A DNA stretch of 64,000 bases, from positions 67,223 to 131,222 of the forward strand of contig JAYFPE010000004.1 of NCBI GenBank assembly GCA_034928145.1, given 5' to 3'. The translations under genes and the position numbers were made by a program. Origin of the DNA: Candidatus Pelethousia sp. Its GTDB lineage: Bacteria; Bacillota; Clostridia; Christensenellales; CAG-138. Positions 35,105 through 45,023 of this stretch are shown in pieces (position 1 is the first letter of the stretch; each line of letters opens with the position of its first letter). The notes under the pieces were generated by a model. The model was not told the origin of the DNA. It ran no database searches and worked only from the letters and a program-made list of their open reading frames with translations.

Positions 35105-36637
35105 TTGGCAGAAGTTTTATTGCAGATGAAGGCCATCACCAAACGCTTTCCGGGCGTGGTCGCGCTGGATAACGTAAACCTCGAGGTGGAGGAAGGCGAG
35201 ATCCATGCCTTGGTGGGCGAGAACGGCGCCGGGAAAAGCACCCTGATGAACGTCCTGTCGGGCATTTATCCCTATGGAAGCTACGAGGGCGAGATCTTCT
35301 ACGAGGGCAGCGAGTGCAAATTCCATGAGATCAAGGATAGCGAAAGCCAGGGCATCGTGGTGATCCATCAGGAGCTGGCGCTGGTGCCTTATCTCACCAT
35401 CGGTGAGAATATGTTCCTGGGCAACGAGCGCGGCAGCGCGGCGCGCATCGATTGGGATGAGACCTTCACCCGGGCGGATGAATTGCTGGCCGTGGTAGGA
35501 TTGCACGAAAACAGCCGTACGCTGGTCAAGGATATTAGCGTGGGCAAGCAGCAGTTGGTCGAGATTGCTAAGGCGCTCTCCAAAAAGGTGAGGCTGCTGA
35601 TCCTCGACGAGCCCACCGCCTCCCTCAACGAGAGCGACAGCAAAAAGCTGCTGGAGCTGCTGCTCAAATTCAAGAGCGAGGGGATGACGTCCATCATTAT
35701 CTCCCATAAGCTCAACGAGATCGCCTACGTGGCGGATAAGATCACCATATTGCGCGATGGCGCTACGATCGAAACCCTTATCAAGGGCGTGGATGATACC
35801 AGCGAGGAACGCATCATCAAAGGAATGGTTGGCCGGGACTTAGCCCACCGCTTCCCCGCGCGGGAGAGCCACATCGGCCCGGTGCGCATGGAGGTGCGCA
35901 ATTGGACTGTTCACCACCCGCTCTATCAGGAGCGCAGGGTATGCGACAACGTATCCTTCAGCGTGCGCAAGGGCGAGGTCGTGGGCCTCTGCGGGCTGAT
36001 GGGGGCCGGCCGCACGGAGCTGGCGATGAGCATCTTCGGCAAAAGTTACGGTACGAATATCAGCGGCGAGATCTATATCGATGAAAAGCCCGTGCAGATG
36101 AACTCCGTCAAACAGGCCATCCACAACAAGCTGGCCTATGTAACGGAGGATCGCAAGGGCAACGGCCTGATCCTCGGCACCCCGATCCGGGAAAACACCA
36201 CCCTTTCGCGCCTTGAGAAGGTGAGCCGTCACCAGGTGATCGATCCGGATAAGGAGATAGCCGCGGCCGAGCACTACAAGGAGAAGCTGCGCACCAAATG
36301 CCCTACCGTGGAGCAGCATGTGGGCAACCTTTCCGGCGGCAACCAGCAAAAGGTGCTGCTCTCGAAGTGGATGTTCGCGGACCCTGAGATTTTGATACTG
36401 GATGAACCCACCCGCGGCATAGACGTGGGTGCGAAATATGAGATCTACTGCATCATCAACCAACTGGTGGATGAAGGTAATTCCGTGGTGATGATCAGCT
36501 CCGAGCTGCCGGAGATCCTCGGCATGTGCGACCGCGTTTTCGTGATGGACGAAGGCAAGATGGTCGCGGAGCTCGACAAAGGCGAGGCGAACCAGGAAAC
36601 CATCATGAGTCACATCCTGCAGAATAAAGGAGCGTAA
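35105..36637 (+). CDS. sugar ABC transporter ATP-binding protein (duplicated ABC, GguA/XylG-like)
   Basis: 510 aa with a TTG start after GGAGGG. It has two nucleotide-binding domains with Walker [10 protein letters not shown], signature LSGGNQQK, and Walker [11 protein letters not shown]. Confidence 0.9.
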   Translation: MAEVLLQMKAITKRFPGVVALDNVNLEVEEGEIHALVGENGAGKSTLMNVLSGIYPYGSYEGEIFYEGSECKFHEIKDSESQGIVVIHQELALVPYLTIGENMFLGNERGSAARIDWDETFTRADELLAVVGLHENSRTLVKDISVGKQQLVEIAKALSKKVRLLILDEPTASLNESDSKKLLELLLKFKSEGMTSIIISHKLNEIAYVADKITILRDGATIETLIKGVDDTSEERIIKGMVGRDLAHRFPARESHIGPVRMEVRNWTVHHPLYQERRVCDNVSFSVRKGEVVGLCGLMGAGRTELAMSIFGKSYGTNISGEIYIDEKPVQMNSVKQAIHNKLAYVTEDRKGNGLILGTPIRENTTLSRLEKVSRHQVIDPDKEIAAAEHYKEKLRTKCPTVEQHVGNLSGGNQQKVLLSKWMFADPEILILDEPTRGIDVGAKYEIYCIINQLVDEGNSVVMISSELPEILGMCDRVFVMDEGKMVAELDKGEANQETIMSHILQNKGA

Positions 36638-36642
36638 CCACC

Positions 36643-37818
36643 ATGCTGAGCAAAGCAAAGGATATCCTCAAAAAAAATACGATGCTGATCGCGCTGGGCG
36701 TGGTCATGGTGCTGTTTCAGATGCTGATCGTAGCCGCGGGCAAGGGCTCCCTCTTCGCCCCGGCCAACATCTCCAACCTCATCAGCCAAAATAGCTATGT
36801 GGTGATTCTGGCCACAGGCATGCTGCTATGCATTCTCACCGGCGGCAACATCGACCTTTCCGTAGGCTCCGTGGTCGCCTTGGTCGGGGCTATCGCGGGC
36901 ACGCTGATCGTGAACATGAAGGTCAACATCTACCTTACCATGCTCATCTGCCTGCTTGCCGGCCTGGCCATCGGCTGCTGGCAGGGCTTTTGGATCGCCT
37001 ATGTGCGCATCCCGCCCTTTATCGTAACGCTGGCCGGCATGCTGCTGTGGCGCGGCCTGGCACTGCTGGTGCTCGATGGGCTTACCATCTCCCCTTTCCC
37101 GGAAGTATACCTCAAGTATTTCACCAGCTTCCTGCCCAATGTAGAGGATAAGGCCGTGGTGCTCACGGTAACGCTGATCATAGGCTCTGCGGCCTCCGGC
37201 GTGTACATTCTTTCCCAGATCTTGGGGCGCATTTCCAAGCGGCGCAAGGGCTACGCGGTGGAGAACCTGTTTTGGCAGATCGCCCGCGTGGTGGTGATCT
37301 GTGCTGTGGTGATGGTGGTGAGCTACCTTTTGGGCAAGCACAAGGGCATCCCCGTAGTGTTGATCCTGATGGCCGTGATCGTGCTGGCCTATAGCTACTT
37401 CACCAGCCGCACCGTGCCGGGCCGCCACCTTTATGCCCTGGGCGGCAATGAAAAGGCAGCCAAGCTTTCGGGTGTGGATACCAACTTCACGCTCTTCTTC
37501 GCCTATGCGAATATGGCCTTCCTTTCCGCCGTGGCCGCGCTGGTGGCCGTGGCCCGCTTCAACTCGGCCGCACCCAGCGCCGGCACCAACTATGAGATGG
37601 ATGCCATCGGCGCCTGCTTCATTGGCGGGGCCTCCGCCTATGGCGGCATCGGCACCGTGGGCGGGGCCGTAATCGGCGCGATCTTCATGGGCGTGCTCAA
37701 CAACGGCATGTCCATCCTGGGTGTGGACGCCAACTGGCAAAAGGTCGTAAAGGGCCTGGTGCTGCTGGCGGCCGTGGTCTTTGACGTGCTGAGCAAAAAG
37801 CGCGTCAAGGCATCGTAG
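36643..37818 (+). CDS. sugar ABC transporter permease (GguB/XylH-like)
   Basis: 391-aa polytopic membrane protein following the ATPase gene. The C-terminal GGASAYGGIGTVGGAVIGA pattern is typical of CUT2 permeases. Confidence 0.85.
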   Translation: MLSKAKDILKKNTMLIALGVVMVLFQMLIVAAGKGSLFAPANISNLISQNSYVVILATGMLLCILTGGNIDLSVGSVVALVGAIAGTLIVNMKVNIYLTMLICLLAGLAIGCWQGFWIAYVRIPPFIVTLAGMLLWRGLALLVLDGLTISPFPEVYLKYFTSFLPNVEDKAVVLTVTLIIGSAASGVYILSQILGRISKRRKGYAVENLFWQIARVVVICAVVMVVSYLLGKHKGIPVVLILMAVIVLAYSYFTSRTVPGRHLYALGGNEKAAKLSGVDTNFTLFFAYANMAFLSAVAALVAVARFNSAAPSAGTNYEMDAIGACFIGGASAYGGIGTVGGAVIGAIFMGVLNNGMSILGVDANWQKVVKGLVLLAAVVFDVLSKKRVKAS

Positions 37819-37827
37819 GAGGGCAGA

Positions 37828-39354
37828 ATGCAGTATCTGATTGGCGTAGACATCGGCACCTCGGGCACGAAAACGGTGCTCTTTGACGCAAGCGGCCGGG
37901 AAGTCGCCTCCGCGTCGCAGGAATATCCCCTCTACCAGCCGCAAAACGGCTGGGCCGAACAAGCGCCTGCTGATTGGTGGCGGGCCGCGGCTGCAACCAT
38001 CCGCGCCGCGCTCGAAAAGGGCGGCGTGAATCCCAAAGACGTCAAGGGCGTGGGCCTGGCCGGGCAAATGCACGGCCTGGTGATGCTGGATGAAACCGGC
38101 GAGGTGCTTAGGCCCGCGATCCTCTGGTGCGATGGCCGCACGGGCGAGGAATGCCGCGAGCTGACGGAGCGGGTAGGCAAGGAGAGGCTGATCGCCATCA
38201 CGGCCAACCCCGCTTTGGCGGGATTTACGGGCGGCAAAATCCTCTGGGTGCGCAAGCATGAGCCGGCCCTTTATGAAAAATGCCGCCATATCCTGCTGCC
38301 CAAAGATTATATTCGCTATAAACTCACGGGCCAATTCGCCACGGAGGTATCAGACGCATCCGGCATGAACCTGCTGGATGTGCCCAACCGCTGCTGGTCA
38401 AAGGAAGTGCTGGCCGCTCTTGCTATCGACGAGGGGCTGCTGGCTAGGGTATACGAATCATCGGAGGTAACCGGCGCGGTCAGCCAAGAGGCGGCGGCGC
38501 TGACGGGACTTTGCCCGGGCACGCCCGTGGTGGGCGGCGCCGGGGATAACGCCGCGGCCGCGGTGGGCAACGGCGTGGTCAAGGCCGGCAGGGCCTTTAC
38601 CACTATCGGTACCTCCGGCGTGGTCTTTGCCCACGCAGAGGGCGTTACCATCGACCCGCTGGGGCGCGTGCATACCTTCTGCCACGCCGTGCCGGGCAGT
38701 TGGGCCGTGATGAGCTGCACGCTGGCCGCGGGGCTCTCTCTCAAGTGGTTCCGCGATACGCTCTGCCAGGCAGAGATCGAAACGGCCGCGGGGATGGGCG
38801 TAGATCCTTACGAACTGATGAACGTGCAGGCTGCGCGCTCGCCCATCGGGGCCAATCGGCTGCTGTACCTGCCGTATCTGATGGGCGAACGCTCGCCCCT
38901 GCTTGATGAAAACGCCCGGGGCGCTTTTATCGGCCTTTCCGCCATGCACACGAAATACGACCTTTTGCGCGCAGTGATGGAGGGCGTGGCCTATTCCCAG
39001 CGGCAATGCCTGGATGTGCTGCGCGATATGCGAATCAGCTTGCATGAAATGCTGGCCTGCGGTGGCGGCGGCCGCAGTGCTTTCTGGCGGCAAATGCTGG
39101 CCGATGTTTACGGCTGCCCCGTGAGCACCATCGCCTCCTCGGGTGAGAGCGCCGCCTTGGGCGCGGCCATATTGGCCGGCGTGGGCGCGGGCATCTATTC
39201 CAGCGTGCAGGCCGGCTGCGACGCGCTGATTCGCACCAACGAGCCCCAGCTGCCCGATGCGGCGCGCGGCGCGCAATACGAGCCCTATTACCGCATCTTC
39301 GCCAGCCTCTACCCGGCCCTGCAGGAATCCTACCATGCCTTGGCGGTTCTATGA
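37828..39354 (+). CDS. xylB: xylulokinase
   Basis: 508 aa. MQYLIGVDIGTSGTKTVLFD, GWAEQAPADWW, GQMHGLVMLDETGEVLRPAILWCDGR and YLPYLMGERSP are FGGY-kinase / XylB hallmarks. Confidence 0.85.
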   Translation: MQYLIGVDIGTSGTKTVLFDASGREVASASQEYPLYQPQNGWAEQAPADWWRAAAATIRAALEKGGVNPKDVKGVGLAGQMHGLVMLDETGEVLRPAILWCDGRTGEECRELTERVGKERLIAITANPALAGFTGGKILWVRKHEPALYEKCRHILLPKDYIRYKLTGQFATEVSDASGMNLLDVPNRCWSKEVLAALAIDEGLLARVYESSEVTGAVSQEAAALTGLCPGTPVVGGAGDNAAAAVGNGVVKAGRAFTTIGTSGVVFAHAEGVTIDPLGRVHTFCHAVPGSWAVMSCTLAAGLSLKWFRDTLCQAEIETAAGMGVDPYELMNVQAARSPIGANRLLYLPYLMGERSPLLDENARGAFIGLSAMHTKYDLLRAVMEGVAYSQRQCLDVLRDMRISLHEMLACGGGGRSAFWRQMLADVYGCPVSTIASSGESAALGAAILAGVGAGIYSSVQAGCDALIRTNEPQLPDAARGAQYEPYYRIFASLYPALQESYHALAVL

Positions 39355-39371
39355 TGAGGAAGGAACGAACG

Positions 39372-39995
39372 ATGAAAACGATCTATGATCCCGAATTCCA
39401 GCCCTATGGAAAAGCCATAGCCGGCTATGATACCGCGCCGCTGGTTGCGGCCCTGTGCAACAGCACGCCCCGCCCGCTAGACCATACGGTCTACGTGCCG
39501 TCCGATGCAGCCCTGGAGGCCCTGCCCCTTGCTAAGCAGCTGGCGGATAACGTATTTGGCGGCATGCCCATGCAGTTGGGCTATTGCAACGGCAGCAACC
39601 GCAAGCTCAACTGCTTGGAATACCACCGCTGCAGCGAGGTGAATATCCCGTGCGAGGATATCGTGCTGCTGGTGGCCCCTCTGCAAAAGGTGCGGGATGG
39701 CAAGCTTTCCACCGGCGAGGTGGAAGCATTCCTGGCGCCCGGCGGCGCCATGGTGCTGCTCTATGAGACCACGCTGCACTACGCGCCCTGCAATGGGCCC
39801 GAGAACGACGCCTTCCGGGTAGCCGTTGCCCTGCCTAGGGGCACCAACACGCAAAAGCCCGAGATCCAGCCGCAAACACAAGAGGATAGCCTGCTGTGGG
39901 CGCGCAACAAGTGGCTTATCGCCCACCCGCAAAGCGACGAGGCGAGCCAGGGCGCGTTCATCGGCCTGGAAGGCGAAAACATTACCTTGGCATAA
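39372..39995 (+). CDS. conserved hypothetical protein (possibly the family annotated DUF4867)
   Basis: 207 aa from an internal ATG with a GAGGAAGG RBS. I see no recognisable catalytic motif. The family name is from memory of gene neighbourhoods and is not verified. Confidence 0.5.
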   Translation: MKTIYDPEFQPYGKAIAGYDTAPLVAALCNSTPRPLDHTVYVPSDAALEALPLAKQLADNVFGGMPMQLGYCNGSNRKLNCLEYHRCSEVNIPCEDIVLLVAPLQKVRDGKLSTGEVEAFLAPGGAMVLLYETTLHYAPCNGPENDAFRVAVALPRGTNTQKPEIQPQTQEDSLLWARNKWLIAHPQSDEASQGAFIGLEGENITLA

Positions 39996-40035
39996 GCTGG
40001 CGAAAGGCGCAATCATATAACAGGAGGAGACTGAT

Positions 40036-41502
40036 ATGCAGAACATACCACAGGTCAAGCTTGGCATTATAGCCGTAAGCCGGGATTGCTTTCCCGCCTC
40101 GCTTTCCGCGCGGCGGCGCAGGGCGGTAAAGGAAGCCTACGGCGGCATATACGAATGCACCATCACCGTGGAGAATGAACGGCACGCCCAGGCGGCGGCC
40201 GCGGATGTGAAGGCCGCGGGCTGCAACGCCTTGGTCGTGCTGCTGGGCAACTTCGGCCCGGAAACCGCCGAAACGCTATTGGCGCGCTTTTTCGACGGCC
40301 CGGTGATGTATTTGGCTTCCGCCGAGGGTGACGGCGACCTCTTCGACGGCCGTGGCGACGCCTATTGCGGCATGCTCAACTGCTCCTATAACCTGGGCCT
40401 GCGCTCCCTCAAGGCTTTCATTCCCGCCTACCCGGTGGGCACAGCCGAAGAGATCGCCGCGATGATCGAAGAATTTATGCCCATGGCACGGGCATTGCTG
40501 GGCCTGCGGGAGCTAAAGATTATTACCTTTGGCCCCAGGCCACAGGAGTTCATTGCCTGCAACGGCCCCATCAAGCCCCTGCACGACCTGGGCGTGGAGA
40601 TCGAAGAAAACTCCGAGCTGGACCTGCTGGTGGCCTTCAATAAACATAAGGACGACCCCCGCATCCCCGCCGTGATGGAGGATATGCGCGCCGAGGTGGG
40701 CGAGAACCGCTTCACCGGCGTGCTGCCGCGCCTGGCCCAGTATGAGCTCACCTTGCTGGATTGGATGGAGGAGCACAGGGGCAGCCGCCAGTATGTCGCT
40801 TTCGCCAATAAGTGCTGGCCTGCCTTCCAAACGGAGTTCGGCTTTGTGCCCTGCTATGTGAACAGCCGCTTCACGGCCCGAGGCGTGCCCATTTCCTGCG
40901 AGGTGGATATTTACGGCGCGCTTTCCGAATACATCGGCGTGTGCGTTTCCGGCCAACCGGTCACCCTGCTGGATATCAACAACACCGTGCCGGCCGAAAT
41001 CTATCAGGAGGATATCGAGGGCAAGTATCCCGTGCGCCACGCGGAAACCTTCATGGGCTTCCACTGCGGCAATACCGCCTGCGGCTTGCTCAAAAACCCG
41101 CATATGGGCTACCAGCTCATCATGAAGCGGGGCCTGGAGCCGGATCTGTCCGAGCCCGATATTACCCGCGGCACCATGGAGGGCGACATCAAGCCCGGCG
41201 AAGTCACCTTCTACCGCCTGCAGGGCACGGCGGATTGCCAGCTCAAAGCCTATATCGCCCAAGGGCAGGTGCTGGATGTGCCCAGCCGCAGCTTTGGCAG
41301 CATCGGCGTGTTCGCCATCGAGCAGATGGATAGGTTTTACCGCAATGTGCTGATCGCCAAGCGATATCCGCATCACGGGGCCGTGGCGTTTGGGCATTAT
41401 GGCAAGGTGCTCTTCGACGTGTTCACCTACCTGGGCGTGGAGGATATCGCCTTCAACCAGCCCAAAGGCATGCTCTATAAGGGCGAGAACCCTTACGCAT
41501 AA
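40036..41502 (+). CDS. L-fucose / L-arabinose isomerase family protein
   Basis: 488 aa with GGAGGAG upstream. The N-terminal Rossmann-like region has VKLGIIAVSRDCFP...NALVVLLGNFGPE. Length and layout are consistent with FucI/AraA-family sugar isomerases. Confidence 0.65.
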   Translation: MQNIPQVKLGIIAVSRDCFPASLSARRRRAVKEAYGGIYECTITVENERHAQAAAADVKAAGCNALVVLLGNFGPETAETLLARFFDGPVMYLASAEGDGDLFDGRGDAYCGMLNCSYNLGLRSLKAFIPAYPVGTAEEIAAMIEEFMPMARALLGLRELKIITFGPRPQEFIACNGPIKPLHDLGVEIEENSELDLLVAFNKHKDDPRIPAVMEDMRAEVGENRFTGVLPRLAQYELTLLDWMEEHRGSRQYVAFANKCWPAFQTEFGFVPCYVNSRFTARGVPISCEVDIYGALSEYIGVCVSGQPVTLLDINNTVPAEIYQEDIEGKYPVRHAETFMGFHCGNTACGLLKNPHMGYQLIMKRGLEPDLSEPDITRGTMEGDIKPGEVTFYRLQGTADCQLKAYIAQGQVLDVPSRSFGSIGVFAIEQMDRFYRNVLIAKRYPHHGAVAFGHYGKVLFDVFTYLGVEDIAFNQPKGMLYKGENPYA

Positions 41503-41518
41503 CAAGCATGCAAAAAGC

Positions 41519-41550
41519 GGCGGGCGCGGGACGGGAACCCCGCGCCCGTC
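41519..41550. other. strong GC hairpin after the isomerase gene
   Basis: GGGCGCGGG-acgggaac-CCCGCGCCC, extendable to ~12 bp. It has an A-run upstream but no T-run downstream on the plus strand. Confidence 0.5.
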
Positions 41551-41666
41551 CATACGGGATCGCTGCGGTAAGTATTCGTTGTGATCGCGCATAAAAATAT
41601 GATAAAATGTCTTGTCGATAGTCTCAATGGCCTATCGGCATTGCAACCACAAGGGGGACTAGGCGA

Positions 41667-42695
41667 TTGGCCGTTACCATCAGACAAATTGCGGAGGCGA
41701 CCGGCGTCTCCCGAGGCACGGTAGACCGGGTGCTGCATGGCCGGCCCGGCGTCAAGCCGGAGATTGCGGAGCAGGTACGCAGGGCGGCTGCGGAAATGGG
41801 CTTTGCGCCCAACAAGGCGGGCAAGATACTCGCAGGCAAAAAGCAGCCCATCACCATCGGCTTCTTTTTGCCCGGCAGCGGCAACCCGTTTTTTGAGGAC
41901 GTCGTGCGCGGCATGCGGGATGCGGAGCAGGAGCTTAAGGATTTCGGCGTTTCGGTTTTGCTCGAGGAGGTCGAGGGCTTCAGCCCGCAAGATCATATCG
42001 ACGGCATTCGCCGGCTGGTCGAGGCCGGCTGCACGGCCCTGTGCGTGGCCGCTATCGATACGCAGGAGATCCGTAGCTATATCAACCAGGTCGTGGAGCA
42101 GGGCATACCCGTGATTACGGTGAATACGGACCTGACCGACACCAACCGGCTGTGCTATGTAGGCTGCGATTACAACAAGGGCGGCAGCACGGCCGGCGGC
42201 TTGCTTTCTTTAATTACCAACGAGCCGCTGCACATCCTCATCATCATGGGCTCCTTCAAAATGAAGGGCCATAACGAACGCATGCAGGGCTTTTTGCAAA
42301 AGCTGGATTTAAAGCGCGTGCCGTATGAGGTGGTAGGCCTGTTCGAATCGCAGGATAACGATGATGTGAGTTATGCCCGCACCAAAGCCATGCTCACGCA
42401 GCACAAAGAGGTGAACTGCGTGTATATCACGGCTGCCGGCGCCTACGGCGCGTGCCGCGCCGTGCAGGAAGCGGAATATGAAAAGCGGCCTTTTGTGATC
42501 GCTACGGACGATGTGCCCAGCACGCGGGAAATGCTGCGCGCGGGCGTGGTCAATTTTACCATCTGCCAGGAGCCATACGAGCAGGGCTACCGGCCCGTGC
42601 ACATTATGTTCGATTATTTCATGGCGGATTGCAAGGTGCGCCCCGCCGGCTTTGAGACCTTTACGGTGATCAAGATACCGGAGAATCTGGATTGA
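41667..42695 (+). CDS. LacI-family transcriptional regulator
   Basis: 342 aa with a TTG start. The N-terminal HTH is VTIRQIAEATGVSRGTVDRVLHGRPGVKPEIAEQVRRAAAEMGFAPN, followed by a periplasmic-binding-protein-like sensor domain. Confidence 0.9.
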   Translation: MAVTIRQIAEATGVSRGTVDRVLHGRPGVKPEIAEQVRRAAAEMGFAPNKAGKILAGKKQPITIGFFLPGSGNPFFEDVVRGMRDAEQELKDFGVSVLLEEVEGFSPQDHIDGIRRLVEAGCTALCVAAIDTQEIRSYINQVVEQGIPVITVNTDLTDTNRLCYVGCDYNKGGSTAGGLLSLITNEPLHILIIMGSFKMKGHNERMQGFLQKLDLKRVPYEVVGLFESQDNDDVSYARTKAMLTQHKEVNCVYITAAGAYGACRAVQEAEYEKRPFVIATDDVPSTREMLRAGVVNFTICQEPYEQGYRPVHIMFDYFMADCKVRPAGFETFTVIKIPENLD

Positions 42696-42720
42696 TGCCG
42701 CAAAGTCCCTGTCATTCCCC

Positions 42721-42746
42721 AAAGTGGCCCATGGGCCACTTTTTAT
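42721..42746 (+). terminator. rho-independent terminator after the LacI-family gene
   Basis: AAAGTGGCCCATGGGCCACTTTTTAT: a perfect palindromic stem followed by a T-run. Confidence 0.8.
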
Positions 42747-42900
42747 ATGTCTAAGAAAGCCGCCGATCAAACCAAACGCAGCGGGATAGATTGCATTTTC
42801 AAAGTATGGTAGAATTTATGGGCAAGAACAAATCGATTGCGGCCCATGGTTTTATATGCGATAAGGGGTGTATCATAGCCTTATTTAAGGAAGGAACAGT

Positions 42901-43547
42901 ATGGCGGCTATATTGATGATTAACGTGCCCTATGCGGGGCATACCAACCCAACGTTACCGCTGGCGGAAGCATTGGTACGGAATGGACATAAGGTGTTCT
43001 ACGTTAATGCGGAGGAATTTCGCACCAAAATTGAAAGAACGGGAGCGGAGTTTATTCCGTGTATATCTCTTTGGGGAGCATTATCAGCAATAGAGGATTT
43101 TGCAAAGAATGCATCCGCGCTTTTGGCGGAAAGGATATGTCGGTGATCCTCAATACCGGCAGAATCCGGCCTGAATCGCTTGGCAGGATTCCAGATAATA
43201 TTTACGCATATTCTTTTGTGCCGCAAGTTGAAGTATTGCAACACACGGATGTTTTTCTAACCCATTGTGGAATGAACAGCGTTAACGAAGCGATGCGTTA
43301 CGGCGTGCCGATGGTCGCTATGCCGTTCATCAATGACCAAATCTCGAATGCTAAACGCATCATAGAGCTTGGAATCGGAAAAAGTGTGCGCTCTTTCCCA
43401 AGCAGCGGCAGACAGTTATATAAAACGGTAAAAGATGTGTATTACGATGAACATATGCGAAGCCGTAGCGAGCAAGTGAGGGATATGTTAAAAAGAGAAG
43501 CAGCTTTGGAAGAGGCCGTTAACCAGATTGAAAAGATTTTAGGCTAG
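42901..43547 (+). pseudogene. decayed UDP-glycosyltransferase (macrolide-GT / YjiC-like) with a large internal deletion and frameshift
   Basis: ORF 42901-43146 encodes only the GT-B N-terminal start (INVPYAGHTNPTLPLAEALVRNGHKV...TGAEFIP). ORF 43059-43547, in another frame, resumes at the YISLGS motif and carries the C-terminal UDP-sugar signature (THCGMNSVNEAMRYGVPMVAMPFINDQ). About 165 residues of a ~400-aa enzyme are missing. The region is AT-richer than its flanks. Confidence 0.75.
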
Positions 43548-43736
43548 GGCGTTATCCGTTCATATAATGCCGCAAGCAGCTACTTGTCCTATGTATCCAA
43601 GGGCGCAGGTCATAAAACCGGGCGTCAAAAAACAGGTTTTTTCGGCCGGCGCGCGTTGCACGCGCCTTCAGGCGTTGCCTGCAACAAGGGCTTACCCGTA
43701 TTATGAAATACCCCCGGCTTTGCCGGGGGCGCATTA

Positions 43737-44852
43737 TTATATCCAATCCCAGGCGAACTTTTTCTCCGGGCAGCGGGCCAGGCAGTAGCCGCAGCCCGAG
43801 CAGGCTTTTTGATCCAGAATGATCCTCCCGTCCGCATGACGGGTGATGGCGTCGTAAATGCAGCCCTGGCGGCAAATATCGCAATCCGTGGCGCAGGGCT
43901 TAAGGAGCTTGGCCCGCACGGGCCGGGGGCGGATATCCTCGAAGGGCTGAAGGGTGGAGAGGGCCACCCCCCGGATCTCGGAAAATCCGGCGTGGTCGTG
44001 CTGCTCCATCCAGGATTCCAATCCTTGGAGTACCTGGCCGATTACGTCATAACCCCAGATATGGATGGCGGAGGCGAGTTGGATGGTGGTCGCGCCCAAC
44101 ATGATAAATTCCAGGGCGTGCCTTGCTGTGGAAATGCCGCCGCAGCTGCAAATTTGAAAGGGCGTATATTGCTTGAGCATGGCGGTCGCCGCCAGGGAGA
44201 TGGGGCGAATATTTTCGGATGAATAGCCGCCGAAGGTGGGCATAAAGGTTTGTCTGTTTTCCAGATCAACGCCGCTAAGGCCCTTAAGGCAGTCGATGGC
44301 GGTAACGGCTTTGGCGCCCGCATCGTAAATCGTTTGCAACATTTCCGGGAAGAAACAGGCTTCGTAGGGCAGTTTAACAAACACGGGCAGGTCCGCAGCT
44401 TTCACGGCTGCCTCGACGATGTTAGCTGTGCGCTCGGGGTACGTGCTGTAGGAGCGGTAGCGCGTGCCTACCGGCGCGGAAAGGCTTAGCTCGATGGCGT
44501 CCGCGCCCATGCGCTCCACGCAGGCGGCCAAATAGCGCACTTCCGAGGCCGTTTCGCCCCAGATGCTACAGATGAGCTTGGCCCCATCCTTATCCAACGA
44601 GGCTAGGCCATTCTCCCATTGCTCTAGGTATTGGTGGGAATATAGCTTGACGTTAAAGAGTTGCGTGCCCTGCGCGTGCAGGTACGGGTGCAGGATGGGA
44701 TAGGTCTCCATAGCGATGGTCTCGGTCACCACCGCGCCGGCGCCGGCGTCAATGCATTTGCGCACGCCTTCCGTGCTGCCGGACCAGGGCCCCGCGGCGA
44801 CCATCACGGGATTCTTCAGCACCAGGCCCCCTAATTTAGCGGTCATGTTCAT
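43737..44852 (-). CDS. dihydroorotate / dihydropyrimidine dehydrogenase-like flavoprotein with a C-terminal 2x[4Fe-4S] ferredoxin domain (PreA-like)
   Basis: Start at the internal ATG at 44852 (AAGGGGGA upstream). The N-terminus LVLKNPVMVAAGPWSGSTEG...AGAVVTETI is class-1 DHOD-like, and the C-terminus has CSGCGYCLARCP plus CATDCDICRQGC. A hairpin CCCCGGC-ttt-GCCGGGG lies just downstream (43712-43730). Confidence 0.75.
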   Translation of the reverse strand: MNMTAKLGGLVLKNPVMVAAGPWSGSTEGVRKCIDAGAGAVVTETIAMETYPILHPYLHAQGTQLFNVKLYSHQYLEQWENGLASLDKDGAKLICSIWGETASEVRYLAACVERMGADAIELSLSAPVGTRYRSYSTYPERTANIVEAAVKAADLPVFVKLPYEACFFPEMLQTIYDAGAKAVTAIDCLKGLSGVDLENRQTFMPTFGGYSSENIRPISLAATAMLKQYTPFQICSCGGISTARHALEFIMLGATTIQLASAIHIWGYDVIGQVLQGLESWMEQHDHAGFSEIRGVALSTLQPFEDIRPRPVRAKLLKPCATDCDICRQGCIYDAITRHADGRIILDQKACSGCGYCLARCPEKKFAWDWI

Positions 44853-45023
44853 GCGTGTCCCCCTTAGCCGCCCACATATAAGCCGCCTCCGCCGAAGCGG
44901 CGTGTTTTGGGCGTTTTTGTGTGTTGTTATCGGTTGGAATCGTGCGGGGTCTACGGTGAGCGGCCTCAACAAAGCTACGGCGGTCTTTGCAGATCGGAGG
45001 CCGGCCCAGATTACGTGCGGTCG

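Noticed and set aside
41519-41550. A GC hairpin considered as the plus-strand terminator of the sugar operon.
   Set aside because: The T-run lies on the wrong side: the A-run is upstream on the plus strand. It would be a canonical terminator only for minus-strand transcription, and no minus-strand gene is present. I kept it as a generic hairpin, and read-through into the LacI gene remains possible.
43059-43547. The 162-aa ORF considered as an independent small glycosyltransferase gene.
   Set aside because: It begins at a GTG with no RBS, in the middle of a GT-B fold at the YISLGS motif. It overlaps the out-of-frame N-terminal fragment, so it is better explained as the 3' part of a deleted and frameshifted pseudogene.
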